From a virus (taxonomy: Duplodnaviria > Caudoviricetes), in IMG/VR virus record IMGVR_UViG_3300031281_000002, positions 1 through 59,451 of that record: a stretch of 59,451 nucleotides of DNA. One strand, given 5' to 3'. Under the pieces are notes generated by a model, which saw only the letters and a program-made list of their open reading frames with translations, was not told the DNA's origin and did not search any database. Positions 45,278 through 55,687 of this stretch are shown piece by piece; the first letter of the stretch is position 1, and each line of letters begins with the position of its first letter. A program made the position numbers and the translations under genes.

Positions 45278-46369
45278 ATGATATTAAATTTAAAAGATTG
45301 TGTTGGTTGTGGTGCTTGCTATAATGTTTGTGAATTTAATGCAATAAAAATGATATATGATGCTGAAGGTTTTGCATATCCAAAAATAAATATTGAAAAA
45401 TGTGTTAAATGCAATAAATGTTTAACGGTATGTCCTGTTATTAATAAGCCAGATATTAATAAAAAATTTAATACTTATGCTGGTTATGATAAAAATAAAA
45501 ATATAGTAAAAATGAGTTCATCAGGTGGACTTTTCAGAAGATTTTCAAAATATATATTAAACCAGGATGGAATTGTTTTTGGAGCGGGGTTCGATGAATT
45601 AAAATTAAAACATTTAGAAATTAATTCACTTGATAATTTATATAGAATATGTGGTTCTAAATATATTCAATCTGATATAGGAGACTCATATAAAAAAGTT
45701 AAAATCGCATTAAATAAAAATAAGAAAATATTATTTTCTGGTACGCCATGCCAGATATCAGGATTAAAAAGTTATTTAAAATATTTTGGCCTTTCTTATA
45801 ATTCAAATTTATTCACTATAGCAATTGTATGTCATGGTGTCCCGTCAACAAAGATTTTTAATGATTATATAAATTTATTACAAGATAAATACAATTCAAA
45901 AGTTAAAAATATTAATTTTAGGAATAAATTAAAAGGATGGCAAAATTATTATATAACTATTGAGTTTGATGATAGAAAGATAATACAAAAAGTTTCAAAA
46001 AATTCTTATATGATAGGATTTTTAAAAAATTATTACTTAAGAAAAACATGTTATAATTGCAAATTCAAAGAAACTATAAAAGATATAGATATTTTATTAG
46101 GTGATGCATGGGGAGTTAAAAATAATTATCCTGATATTTATAATAAAAATGGGACTTCTATTTTAATTGTAAATTCAAAGCAAGGAGAATATTTATATAA
46201 AAAAAATTTAAAGTATCTTAAATCGAAAAAAATAAATTATAATTTTGTAAAAAAATATAATTCGTGTATTTATAAATCAGTTAAAGGTATAATTAAAAGA
46301 AAAAATTTTTTTGAATCATATTTATCACAAGGATTTAAATATGTATATATAAAATTTATGAGAAGGTGA
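45278..46369 (+). CDS. 4Fe-4S / F420 hydrogenase beta-subunit-like protein (polysaccharide-locus type)
   Basis: Two CxxCxxCxxxC clusters, SSSGG, GSKY.QS, GTPCQ, CHGVPS, GDAWG. Confidence 0.85.
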   Translation: MILNLKDCVGCGACYNVCEFNAIKMIYDAEGFAYPKINIEKCVKCNKCLTVCPVINKPDINKKFNTYAGYDKNKNIVKMSSSGGLFRRFSKYILNQDGIVFGAGFDELKLKHLEINSLDNLYRICGSKYIQSDIGDSYKKVKIALNKNKKILFSGTPCQISGLKSYLKYFGLSYNSNLFTIAIVCHGVPSTKIFNDYINLLQDKYNSKVKNINFRNKLKGWQNYYITIEFDDRKIIQKVSKNSYMIGFLKNYYLRKTCYNCKFKETIKDIDILLGDAWGVKNNYPDIYNKNGTSILIVNSKQGEYLYKKNLKYLKSKKINYNFVKKYNSCIYKSVKGIIKRKNFFESYLSQGFKYVYIKFMRR

Positions 46370-46373
46370 TATT

Positions 46374-47378
46374 TTGAAAGTTGCAATTATTACATTATTC
46401 GGATATTTTAATTACGGGAACAGACTGCAAAATTTAGCTATGCAAGAAATTTTAAAAAGTTTAGATTGCGAAGTTGAAACATTAAAATTCTTTCCAACAA
46501 GTATTCCAAAAAAACTTGATAAGTTATCAATATCAAAACGTAAAAATATAAAAAAATGGTCAATAGAAAATATAAAAGAAAGATATATTCCAATTGAAAA
46601 GAAAAAAACAATAATAAATGAATATGATTATTTTTGTATTGGGAGCGACCAAATTTTTAATCCAAAAGCAAAATTAATATTTAAATTAAATTTTTTGGAT
46701 TTTATACCAGCAAATAAAAAATTTACTTTTGCTGCAAGTTTTGGGAGAACGATAATAAAAAAAGATATTATTAATAAATACAAAAATGGTCTAAAAAGTT
46801 TTGAGTCTAAACGATTATCTATAAGAGAAAATGAAGGCAAAGAATTAATTAAAAAATTAGTTAATAAAAATTGTTATGTACATTTAGATCCTGTTCTGGT
46901 TTTCAATAAATGGAATGATTTTATAGATAAAAAAATCATTGTTGCACCTAAAAAATATTTATTAACATATTTTTTAGGAGAAATACCAGAACAAAAAAGA
47001 TACTTTATTGAAAATATAGCAAAATGGTGTAATTTAGAAATAATTGAATTGAATAATATAAAATTCAGAAGAATGTATACAATAAACCCATCTGAGTTTT
47101 TATTTTTAATTAATAAAGCATCATTGATTTTTACAAATTCATATCACGGTGTTCTATTTTCAATTGTGTTTAAAAAACAATTTGTTTTTATTGAAACAAG
47201 GCCTAAAATGAAATCAAGACTAAATACATTATTTTCTACATTTGACTTAAATGATAGAAAGTTTGAAAATATAGGTATGGATGATTTATTTAATATAAAT
47301 TATTCTAAATTAAAACCAATTTTAGATGATGGTATAAATAATGCTTTAAATTATTTATATTTGAATATAAATAATTAA
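46374..47378 (+). CDS. Polysaccharide pyruvyl transferase family protein
   Basis: NYGNRLQ, GSDQIFN, AASFG, SIRE, DPV, TNSYHG. Confidence 0.85.
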   Translation: MKVAIITLFGYFNYGNRLQNLAMQEILKSLDCEVETLKFFPTSIPKKLDKLSISKRKNIKKWSIENIKERYIPIEKKKTIINEYDYFCIGSDQIFNPKAKLIFKLNFLDFIPANKKFTFAASFGRTIIKKDIINKYKNGLKSFESKRLSIRENEGKELIKKLVNKNCYVHLDPVLVFNKWNDFIDKKIIVAPKKYLLTYFLGEIPEQKRYFIENIAKWCNLEIIELNNIKFRRMYTINPSEFLFLINKASLIFTNSYHGVLFSIVFKKQFVFIETRPKMKSRLNTLFSTFDLNDRKFENIGMDDLFNINYSKLKPILDDGINNALNYLYLNINN

Positions 47379-47389
47379 ATAGAATAAAG

Positions 47390-48100
47390 GTGTGTTTTAT
47401 GGATATTGGTATAGTAACTTCTTTTTATAATAATTATGATAAATTCTTAAATCAGTGGGTAAATTCGATATGTAAATTACAAGAAAAACCGACTATAGTC
47501 ACAATTGTTCAAAGTGGTAAAAAATATAAACAACAAAATTTAGATAATGCAAGAGACATTTTAGAAAAGAATAATTTTAATTTTATAATTGTGAAAATTA
47601 AAAAACATAGATGCATGGGATTTGCTAGAAACTGGGCAGTAAAACATACAGATACAAAATGGATTATGTATCTAGATGTGGATGATACCATAAAGCCTGA
47701 TGCAATAACAAATTTAAAAAAATTTGAAGATAAAGCAGATGTTATTTGTGGAGGGCTTGAAATAAAATTAATAGGAAAGAAAAGAAATTTTGTTAAAAAT
47801 AAATTTTATTTAGGTACAAATAGAAGAAATATTTTAAAAGGGAAGCATATTTGTAGCTCACACTCAGTTTATAAAAGAAAATTATGGGAGAAATATAAAT
47901 ACCCATTAAACGATGAATTTTGTAATGGGATGATATGGCTAGGTTTTGCGAAATTAGGAGCAAGGTTTATTGGAATTAATAAAATATGTACAAGTTATCT
48001 AAGGAGGAAAAATGGACATTATTTTAGATATACTAAAAAAAATAAAAAGAAATGGGAAAAACAAAAAAAACAATTTTTAAGAAGGAAGGTATTAAAATGA
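47390..48100 (+). CDS. Glycosyltransferase family 2
   Basis: FYN...L...VNSI, G.ARN.A, YLDVDD. Confidence 0.8.
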   Translation: MCFMDIGIVTSFYNNYDKFLNQWVNSICKLQEKPTIVTIVQSGKKYKQQNLDNARDILEKNNFNFIIVKIKKHRCMGFARNWAVKHTDTKWIMYLDVDDTIKPDAITNLKKFEDKADVICGGLEIKLIGKKRNFVKNKFYLGTNRRNILKGKHICSSHSVYKRKLWEKYKYPLNDEFCNGMIWLGFAKLGARFIGINKICTSYLRRKNGHYFRYTKKNKKKWEKQKKQFLRRKVLK

Positions 48101-49056
48101 TTGAAAATTATGATAATTTATATTTTGGACAGCAACATATTGGCACAATAGACTTTTTTGGAAAGAATTATCATACTATTAAGGTTGATGATTTCCCACA
48201 TTATAAATATCTACATGGGAATATAGATATTTATAAAAAATATTTACACAATACATGGAAATATACTGAGAAATCTGAAAGAGATATTATGGTAGAAGAT
48301 AAAATAAAAAGTTTTGGAGATTTATTTAATGATATTGATAAAAATGGGATAAAAGAAAAAATAAAAATAGTAAGAAGGTTTGATGGTAAAGATATTATAT
48401 GTGGTGGAAATCATAGGGCAGCTATAGGATGCTTTTTGAATATTCCGATTCCATTTAATAGAATTAATATATTTGACAGAATAAAAGAATTAATTCAAAT
48501 AGAAGGCAAATTCGGGCTTAGAGGAACAACAAAGCCATATCACAGTATTTATAAATATGTTAATAATGAATTTGTTGAAATAATACAGGGCAGGCGGCGC
48601 GATTTATTAGAAAGAATTAATTTAATAGATAAAAAAGATATTGTAAATAAAAATATATTAGATATTGGCTGCAATATTGGTACAAGTAGCTTTTTGGCTG
48701 CATTCTTGGGTGCTAAAAAAGTAGTTGGTATAGATAATAATGTTGATATTTTAAATGCAGCAATAAGATTAAACACATTATTTGCATTACCATGCTATTT
48801 TAAAATTCTTAATTTAAACTTAAATAAGAATTTTAAATTCAATAAATATAACACTGCTTTTATATTTTCAGTTGATAAGCATATCAAAAATCATGATAAT
48901 CTTATTAAAATTATAAAAAATAATATAAAAATTGTTTATTTTGAAACACATGAAAATTCAGACATGCCACTTAAAATAAAAAAATGTTTTAATAAAATTA
49001 AACTAATTGGAACATATTCAAAACGTAAATTATATAAATGTATTGTTGAAAATTAA
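48097..49056 (+). CDS. ParB-like domain plus class I SAM methyltransferase
   Basis: IICGGNHRAA; ILDIGCNIG...VVGID. Confidence 0.7.
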   Translation: MIENYDNLYFGQQHIGTIDFFGKNYHTIKVDDFPHYKYLHGNIDIYKKYLHNTWKYTEKSERDIMVEDKIKSFGDLFNDIDKNGIKEKIKIVRRFDGKDIICGGNHRAAIGCFLNIPIPFNRINIFDRIKELIQIEGKFGLRGTTKPYHSIYKYVNNEFVEIIQGRRRDLLERINLIDKKDIVNKNILDIGCNIGTSSFLAAFLGAKKVVGIDNNVDILNAAIRLNTLFALPCYFKILNLNLNKNFKFNKYNTAFIFSVDKHIKNHDNLIKIIKNNIKIVYFETHENSDMPLKIKKCFNKIKLIGTYSKRKLYKCIVEN

Positions 49057-49073
49057 TTGGAAGGAATTATTAT

Positions 49074-49715
49074 ATGGTTAGAATTCCTAAAATTATTCAT
49101 ATTATATGGATTGGCAAAAGAAAATTTCCATATAAAAATAATTTAAATAGTTATAAAAAAAATAATCCAAAATGGAAGATTATTTTTTGGGATAATAAAA
49201 ATATACCAGATATATTTAATAGAAAAAGCTATCAAAAAATGAATAGTTATGCTGCTAAAGTTGACATTTTAAGACTAGAAATTTTATATAATTATGGTGG
49301 AATATATGTTGATGCTGATAGCAAATGTTTAAAATCTTTAGATATTCTTTTAGATGAATTAACTTGTTTTGGAATGACAGGAAATAATGGGAATATTGCA
49401 AATGGTACATTAGGATGTATACAGAAACATGATGCATTCAAAGAATTAGTTTTTGGATTAGATAGCCATATTGAAAAATTATCAAAATTAAAATTAAATA
49501 AAAAAAAGGGGATTAGAATATTTAATGTTGCTGGAACTGGATATATAACTAGGATACTTAGAAAATATGATGATTTTATACAAATAGACAAAGGATGTAA
49601 AAAGGGGAATAGGCGATATATTGGAACTTTTGAAGATAAAAAAGTATTAAAAAATGGATATATAGTACATTTTAATAAAAAAACATGGAAAAAAAAGAAA
49701 GGAATTATTTTGTGA
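49074..49715 (+). CDS. DXD glycosyltransferase (GT32/OCH1-like)
   Basis: IPKIIHIIWIG, D.LRLEILY.YGGIYVDAD. Confidence 0.85.
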   Translation: MVRIPKIIHIIWIGKRKFPYKNNLNSYKKNNPKWKIIFWDNKNIPDIFNRKSYQKMNSYAAKVDILRLEILYNYGGIYVDADSKCLKSLDILLDELTCFGMTGNNGNIANGTLGCIQKHDAFKELVFGLDSHIEKLSKLKLNKKKGIRIFNVAGTGYITRILRKYDDFIQIDKGCKKGNRRYIGTFEDKKVLKNGYIVHFNKKTWKKKKGIIL

Positions 49716-49727
49716 AAGGAAAATAAT

Positions 49728-50450
49728 ATGATAGATGTAATTTATTTAGCTGGTGGAAAAGGAATAAGAGCTGGACTTGGTTACCCTAAGCAATTCGCAA
49801 GAATTGGAGGAAAGCCAATAATTATATATGGATTGGAAACACTTAATAAGATAAATGAAATAGGTAATATAATTATACCTTGTGAAGCTGATTATGTTAA
49901 ACACATAATAAAATTTGCGAAGACATATAATATAACAAAAAATATTATACCAGTTCCACCAGGAGAGACGAGACAAAAATCTGTATATAATGGACTAAAT
50001 TTTGATGGTTGTGAGTTTAAGTTAACTGAATATGTTTTAATTTGCGAAGCTGTTAGACCTTTTATGTCATATGATTCAGTTAAAACAGTACTTGCATGTA
50101 ATAATGATATTATTACTCCAATTAGTAAATTAGTTTCTACTGTGATAAATTTCAATCAAAAAGATTATATATATTCGCTTGATAGAGATTTTTGCGGAGA
50201 AGTTCAGATGCCACAAAAATACAAAACTGATATTTTATTTGAATGTCATAAAATTGCTATTGATATGGAGCATACTTTTACAGATGATTTAGCTCTTGTA
50301 ATAAATTGTATTATGTTTACAAAATATAAGAAGATTGAAGATATAAATATAATAAAAGGAGAAGAACAAAACATAAAAATAACTACTCCTTTAGATTTGC
50401 ATATTGCCGAGGCTATATTGAAATATAAGGCCGGTGATAAGATTGAATAA
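49728..50450 (+). CDS. IspD/TarI-family cytidylyltransferase
   Basis: LAGGKG.R...PKQF, GETRQ.S, EAVRP, Q.PQ, FTDD, NIKITTP.D. Confidence 0.85.
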   Translation: MIDVIYLAGGKGIRAGLGYPKQFARIGGKPIIIYGLETLNKINEIGNIIIPCEADYVKHIIKFAKTYNITKNIIPVPPGETRQKSVYNGLNFDGCEFKLTEYVLICEAVRPFMSYDSVKTVLACNNDIITPISKLVSTVINFNQKDYIYSLDRDFCGEVQMPQKYKTDILFECHKIAIDMEHTFTDDLALVINCIMFTKYKKIEDINIIKGEEQNIKITTPLDLHIAEAILKYKAGDKIE

Positions 50451-51111
50451 AAAACATATTATAGTTACTGGAACATCAAGAGGAATAGGGCATGAAATAA
50501 CAAAAAAATGGTTTGATTCATCTAAAAATAATGAAACTAGAATATCATTTACTATATCAAGAAATGAAAATAATGATATTACTAATTATGAAAATATGAA
50601 AAGTTTTATTTATGAGTGTTTTAGCGATAAAAATTATAATTATAAAGAAAAACCCATTGCATTAATCAATAATGCTGGGATTATAGAGCTTGGAAATATA
50701 TTAGAATTATCTACAGAATCTTGGAGAAAACAATTTGATGTAAATATAAATGGTATGTTCAATTGTTCAAAAGTATATGCTGAAGCATGTATAAAAAATA
50801 AAGTAAAAGGTAAAATTATAAATATTTGTTCGACTGCTGGATTAGGTGCTAGACCTGGTTATTCTGCTTATGCTGCAAGCAAGGCGGCTGCAATAAATTT
50901 TAGTTTAAGTTTATCTAAAGAATTAAAAGAATATGGAATAAAAGTATATTGTGTTTGTCCTGGTGCTGTTAATACGGACATGAGGCATTATATAAATCCT
51001 GATGATGATTTTGAAAATATGATGAAACCTTATGATGTAGCTAATTTTGTAATTGATTTGATTGAAGATGGAGAGTATTTAGATGGACAAATATTAACAA
51101 TAAAGAAATAA
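50434..51111 (+). CDS. Short-chain dehydrogenase/reductase
   Basis: TGTSRGIG, NNAG, YAASK, PGAVNT. Confidence 0.88.
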   Translation: MIRLNKKHIIVTGTSRGIGHEITKKWFDSSKNNETRISFTISRNENNDITNYENMKSFIYECFSDKNYNYKEKPIALINNAGIIELGNILELSTESWRKQFDVNINGMFNCSKVYAEACIKNKVKGKIINICSTAGLGARPGYSAYAASKAAAINFSLSLSKELKEYGIKVYCVCPGAVNTDMRHYINPDDDFENMMKPYDVANFVIDLIEDGEYLDGQILTIKK

Positions 51112-51132
51112 GTTAAGGAGAATAGTTTTAAA

Positions 51133-52260
51133 ATGATGGTTAAAGTTTTCAATAAAACACATTATATTATTAATGCTGGGGGGTTTAAATTTAATCCTTT
51201 TGAAGAAATCGAAATAAATATAGGTGAATATGATAAGGAATTTATAGAAATAAGAAGCAATAATGGTTTAAGAGTTGGCAAAAACAATAACAAAGAATAC
51301 AAAAGAAGACATGGATTAGTAAAAGGGCATGAAATAAATTTTTGTTATGATGAAATGAGTCAGCATGCTGGAAGTGCTTATAAATATGCAATTCAAGCAT
51401 TAGCAGATCCAATTATTAAGCACTTAAATAAAATTGATACTGGTTATGTCCATAGGCCTTTAACAAATATAAATTGTAGATTCTTTAGTTCAAAAAGAAT
51501 AAATGAGCATGGGAAAAGTCCGGTAGGCCCATATGATGTATTTTTCTCGCATGGAATTGGAGATAAAAATTACTGGATAGGTCCTAATATAAAAGATTAT
51601 AAATATGCTTTTGTTCCTGGACCAGCATGGGAAAAAAGAATGAGAAAAACAGGATATAAAGGAGAAATTTTTGTTTGTGGGTATACAAAACTTGATCCAC
51701 TTTTAAATGGAGAATTAGAATTTAAAAAGCATGATAAGCCTTATATTGTTTGGGCTCCTACGCATGGCTATGCAAGCAAGCACAAAGGAAGGTCATCATA
51801 TCCACAATGTTTAAGTTTAATAAAAGAAATACCAGATTGCTATGAAACAAAGTTAGCATTGCATCCAACATCAAAACTACATAACAAAGAAAAACACAAA
51901 CCAACATTAATAGAATTATTAGAAGCTGATGTAATAATTGCTGATGCTGGAAGTACATTATACGAAGCATGGATATTAGGAAAGCCTGTAATTTTTCCTG
52001 ACTGGATATGTGCTGCTGATACCATGAATCATTTTGAAAAAGATAAAGATAACTTTGAGTATCAAATTTACTCAAAGAAAATAGGCTATCATGCAAAAGA
52101 CATGAAACATATGAATGAGTTAATTGAGATAGCCTTAAGAGATGGAATGAGAGATGAAGAGAAGGAATTTATTGAAAGTATTTATCCGACGGAACTAAGA
52201 GGTAAAGCAGGGGAAACCGCTGCAAAGTATTTGAAACAATTATTGAAAAGATTAGGCTAA
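51133..52260 (+). CDS. CDP-polyol phosphotransferase-like (TagF-type GT-B) protein
   Basis: HGIGDK, GYTKLD, WAPTH, LHP, IADAGSTLYEA..LGKPVIF. Confidence 0.7.
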   Translation: MMVKVFNKTHYIINAGGFKFNPFEEIEINIGEYDKEFIEIRSNNGLRVGKNNNKEYKRRHGLVKGHEINFCYDEMSQHAGSAYKYAIQALADPIIKHLNKIDTGYVHRPLTNINCRFFSSKRINEHGKSPVGPYDVFFSHGIGDKNYWIGPNIKDYKYAFVPGPAWEKRMRKTGYKGEIFVCGYTKLDPLLNGELEFKKHDKPYIVWAPTHGYASKHKGRSSYPQCLSLIKEIPDCYETKLALHPTSKLHNKEKHKPTLIELLEADVIIADAGSTLYEAWILGKPVIFPDWICAADTMNHFEKDKDNFEYQIYSKKIGYHAKDMKHMNELIEIALRDGMRDEEKEFIESIYPTELRGKAGETAAKYLKQLLKRLG

Positions 52261-52952
52261 TTGAATATAAATTTTATATGGGTTAGTTTATTATTTTTTT
52301 TTACAGTTTCAGCTATTATAAATTTAGATGTTTTTTCATTTATTTCATTGATAGCTGTTTTCAAAATATATCTATTTATTTCAGCATTGATATATTTATT
52401 TTCAATCTTGAAAAAATTTCTAAATGTATCAATAGGCATAGTATAATACTTTTGATTATCAAATTTACATGATAATTCATATAACCTTTGACTATATTTG
52501 CTTTTTAGTAAATTGAAATCATTAAGATTCAATTTGCTAAAATTTTGATAAATATTATTAATGTATTTAAAACATTCTTGATTAAATTTAAATATAGCAC
52601 AATCAAATTTCATATACTGAATATAATCGAAGATATATAATTTTACTACATCTATTCCATTTTTATCAATTAAAATAATATGATCAGGAATTGATTCTAT
52701 TAAATCTTGTATATCTAATTCAGTATATCTACTTTGGATAAATATTTTTTGTACCTCAGTATTCTCTAATTCTATTGTGTCTTCTATAATTTCAGAAAAT
52801 TCTAAATTATTTTGAAAGTAATTTATTTCTCTAAATTTATAAAGTAAATGATAAAATAATCTAAGTTGATTTATTGAATATTGTTTTTTTGATGTAATAA
52901 TATAATCATCGCATAAGAATATTTTATTTTTTTCTTTCTCCATAATAATCAC
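52257..52952 (-). CDS. Plasmid-type replication initiator (Rep_3 family)
   Basis: LKSKYSQRLYEL, IDTFRNFF, INRYILKTAINEINEKT; iterons upstream. Confidence 0.8.
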   Translation of the reverse strand: MIIMEKEKNKIFLCDDYIITSKKQYSINQLRLFYHLLYKFREINYFQNNLEFSEIIEDTIELENTEVQKIFIQSRYTELDIQDLIESIPDHIILIDKNGIDVVKLYIFDYIQYMKFDCAIFKFNQECFKYINNIYQNFSKLNLNDFNLLKSKYSQRLYELSCKFDNQKYYTMPIDTFRNFFKIENKYINAEINRYILKTAINEINEKTSKFIIAETVKKNNKLTHIKFIFN

Positions 52953-53114
52953 CTCAATACAATTATAATATATTTACATGTAAAAATAAATAAAAAGAAA
53001 AGGAATGTTGATAATGCATTATCAACGCTTTTCTTTTTTAAGAATTGAAATAGCTTTAAAAAAGCTTTAAGAATCTATATAACTAATGTGTACAGATAAA
53101 TACAAGAATAGAAC

Positions 53115-53183
53115 ATGTAAAGATTTCGGGTAGCAAATGTAAAGATTTCGACTGGTGATTTTATTAACTATGTAAAGATTTCG
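53115..53183. repeat. Three helically phased iterons
   Basis: ATGTAAAGATTTCG at 53115, 53137 and 53170 (spacing 22 and 33 bp). Confidence 0.8.
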
Positions 53184-53236
53184 ACTTGGCAATATATAAA
53201 AATCACCATTTCTTTTTTGAGCAATTCAATCTCTTT

Positions 53237-53440
53237 TTAATCCATCTCATTAAAATTAATTTTAATTTTCTCATTTTTTAAATCTTCTAATGTTTTCCCT
53301 TTTAATTTTTCTTTGCTAAAAGTTATAGTGATTTCATTTTCTAATCCAATTATTGTAATTGCTGTATAAGTACACTTAATATATTTACCTGAAACAAATT
53401 CTATGTTTTTTAATTCATATTCATATTCCATTTTAGTCAT
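53237..53440 (-). CDS. Hypothetical protein
   Basis: Translationally coupled to the upstream minus-strand ORF. Confidence 0.45.
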   Translation of the reverse strand: MTKMEYEYELKNIEFVSGKYIKCTYTAITIIGLENEITITFSKEKLKGKTLEDLKNEKIKINFNEMD

Positions 53441-53586
53441 TCCTTCTTATTATTAATTTTATATTCACAATTATTACATTTTTTCTTAATAAGATAAATA
53501 TAATCTTCACAAGTCCAATTAAAATAAATTTTCTTGCATATTAGAACTGTAATAACTATGCTTGCAAACCATAGTATATAAATCAT
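53437..53586 (-). CDS. Small membrane protein (49 aa)
   Basis: Own translation MIYILWFASIVITVLICKK... Confidence 0.4.
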   Translation of the reverse strand: MIYILWFASIVITVLICKKIYFNWTCEDYIYLIKKKCNNCEYKINNKKE

Positions 53587-53591
53587 TATAA

Positions 53592-53741
53592 TTATTTCCT
53601 TTCATTATCCTTAATATTTTTTGTAATCAACATCTTAATATAAGGCCCAATTTTTAATCCATATATTTCAGATACTTTTTCTATTTTTTCCTTAAACTTT
53701 TTTGATACTTTGATTGTTATATTTTCTGTTTGTTTATCCAT
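53592..53741 (-). CDS. CopG/RHH-like small repressor
   Basis: Own translation MDKQTENITIKVSKKFKEKIEKVSEIYGLKIGPYIKMLI; GGAGGTG RBS. Confidence 0.55.
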   Translation of the reverse strand: MDKQTENITIKVSKKFKEKIEKVSEIYGLKIGPYIKMLITKNIKDNERK

Positions 53742-53944
53742 TTTAATTGACACCTCCAATATCTATAATATCAAAATATAATAATAAAATCAATATAATA
53801 TAACCACATTATATATATAAAATAATGACATAAATTAAATGTTTGTTTTTTTATTTGACATAATGTATAATAAATATTAAGCTGACCAAGCGTAAATGGG
53901 TTTTAAATATAGTCGAAAGACTTAAAATTGTTGAAAGGTATGTT

Positions 53945-54595
53945 ATGAAAAGATTTAAAAAATTATTACTTACATTATTATTAAGTCCTATTTTACCAAT
54001 ATTTTGGGTTGCTGATGATAACTCGAATAATGATGATTCTGGCGATGCTGTAGATGATAATAAAAATGACAGCAATGGCAATGGTGAAAATGACAATAAT
54101 GATAATGAAAAATCAAATGATAAAAAAGTAATTTTTGATAGCCAGGATGCTTTTGATAAAGTGATTTCAAAAAGAATTAATCAGGCTATTAAAAATAAAC
54201 AAACAGAATGGGAAAATGAAAAAAAGAAAGCTGAAATGACAGAAGTTGAAAGATTAAAAACAGAAAAAGCAGAAGCAGAAACGAGAGCAAATACAGCTCT
54301 TGAAAATGCAAATAATATTTTGCTTAAAGCTGAAGTTATTTCAGGATGTTCTAGCTTGAATATCATAGATGCAGATGCAGCACTTGCGTTAATTGATAGA
54401 AGCGGAATAGAAATCGATGGAAGTAATGTTAAAGGTGTAAAACAAGCTTTAAAAGATTTAATTGAAGGAAAACCTTGGTTAGTTAAAAATGATGATAATG
54501 TTAAACCTTCTGGAGATGACCAGAATAGTAATCCTGACAAGAATAAAGGTACAACTAATATGAACGCTATTCTAAAGAGGATGGCAGGATATTAA
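53945..54595 (+). CDS. Capsid scaffolding protein
   Basis: D/N-rich linker, SQDAFDKVISKRI, coiled coil, KPWL; precedes the major capsid gene. Confidence 0.8.
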   Translation: MKRFKKLLLTLLLSPILPIFWVADDNSNNDDSGDAVDDNKNDSNGNGENDNNDNEKSNDKKVIFDSQDAFDKVISKRINQAIKNKQTEWENEKKKAEMTEVERLKTEKAEAETRANTALENANNILLKAEVISGCSSLNIIDADAALALIDRSGIEIDGSNVKGVKQALKDLIEGKPWLVKNDDNVKPSGDDQNSNPDKNKGTTNMNAILKRMAGY

Positions 54596-54658
54596 TTATT
54601 ATTATACTTATCTACCAATCAATTTAAATTTTTTAAAGGAAAAATTTAAAATTGCGAG

Positions 54659-55663
54659 GTGCAAAACATGGCTATTAAAAGAAGTATGGCCGCTCCACTA
54701 ATCCCCGAAGAAGTACAGAAAGAAATCGTACAATCTATGCCTGAATATTCTACAGTAATGAGATTGGGCAAAAGAGCTCCAAATATGTCAAGAAAACAAA
54801 AAAGAATCCCATGTTTATCAGTTTTACCAACTGCTTATTTTTCTAATCCTGGGCCAAAAAACCTTGATGAAACAGCACAATGGAAAAAACAAACTAGAGC
54901 AGAATGGGAAAATAAATGGCTAGATGCAGAAGAATTAAATTGTATTGTAGCAATACCAGAGGCTGTGTTTGAGGATGCGGATTATGATATCTGGGAAGAA
55001 GTTAAACCTAGATTATTAGAAGCATTCGGTATTGCATTTGATGCAGCGGTATTCTATGGAACTAACGCTCCTGTTGTATGGCCTAACGCAATAGTTACAG
55101 CAGCTATAGCAGCAGGAAATTGGGTAACATTAGGAAGTGTAATAAATCCAATTACAAATACAAATGATATATACGATGATATCTTGGGTATTGGTGGTGT
55201 AATATCAAAAGTTGAAGAAGATGGATTTATGGTAAATGGTCATATAGCTGATATGACAATGAGAAGTAGGTTAAGAGGACTAAGGGATTCTGTTAATAAT
55301 CCAATATTTAAAGCATTATACAAAGAAGGCGTACAGGGCAATACTATTTATAGTTTGGATGGTGCTCCTTGTAATTTCCCAAGGAATGGTGTAATGAATC
55401 CAGCAACTAGTTTACTTATTTCTGGAGATTGGACACAATTAATGTATGCAATAAGAAAAGATGTTACTTGGAAAATGCTTGACCAGGCAGTTATACAAGA
55501 TCCAGACACAGAAGAAATTGTATATAATTTAGCTCAACAGGATATGATTGCATTAAGGGGTTGCATGAGACTTGCATGGCAGGTTCCTAATCCTATTAAT
55601 AGAGTCAATGAAGATGAAGACACAAGATATCCATTTGGTGTATTACTTCCAACTGGAAGTTAA
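54659..55663 (+). CDS. Major capsid protein (HK97 fold)
   Basis: LIPEE..EI, FDAAVFYG, GDW, NLAQQDMIALR..MRLAW. Confidence 0.9.
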   Translation: MQNMAIKRSMAAPLIPEEVQKEIVQSMPEYSTVMRLGKRAPNMSRKQKRIPCLSVLPTAYFSNPGPKNLDETAQWKKQTRAEWENKWLDAEELNCIVAIPEAVFEDADYDIWEEVKPRLLEAFGIAFDAAVFYGTNAPVVWPNAIVTAAIAAGNWVTLGSVINPITNTNDIYDDILGIGGVISKVEEDGFMVNGHIADMTMRSRLRGLRDSVNNPIFKALYKEGVQGNTIYSLDGAPCNFPRNGVMNPATSLLISGDWTQLMYAIRKDVTWKMLDQAVIQDPDTEEIVYNLAQQDMIALRGCMRLAWQVPNPINRVNEDEDTRYPFGVLLPTGS

Positions 55664-55687
55664 AAAATATGAAATAAAGGAAATATT

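Noticed and set aside
45278-46369. Methanogen F420 hydrogenase indicating an archaeal host
   Set aside because: This family commonly pairs with pyruvyl transferases in bacterial polysaccharide loci; the amidase and promoters indicate a bacterial host
53115-53183. CRISPR mini-array
   Set aside because: 14-bp repeats with 8 and 19 bp gaps next to a rep gene fit iterons better
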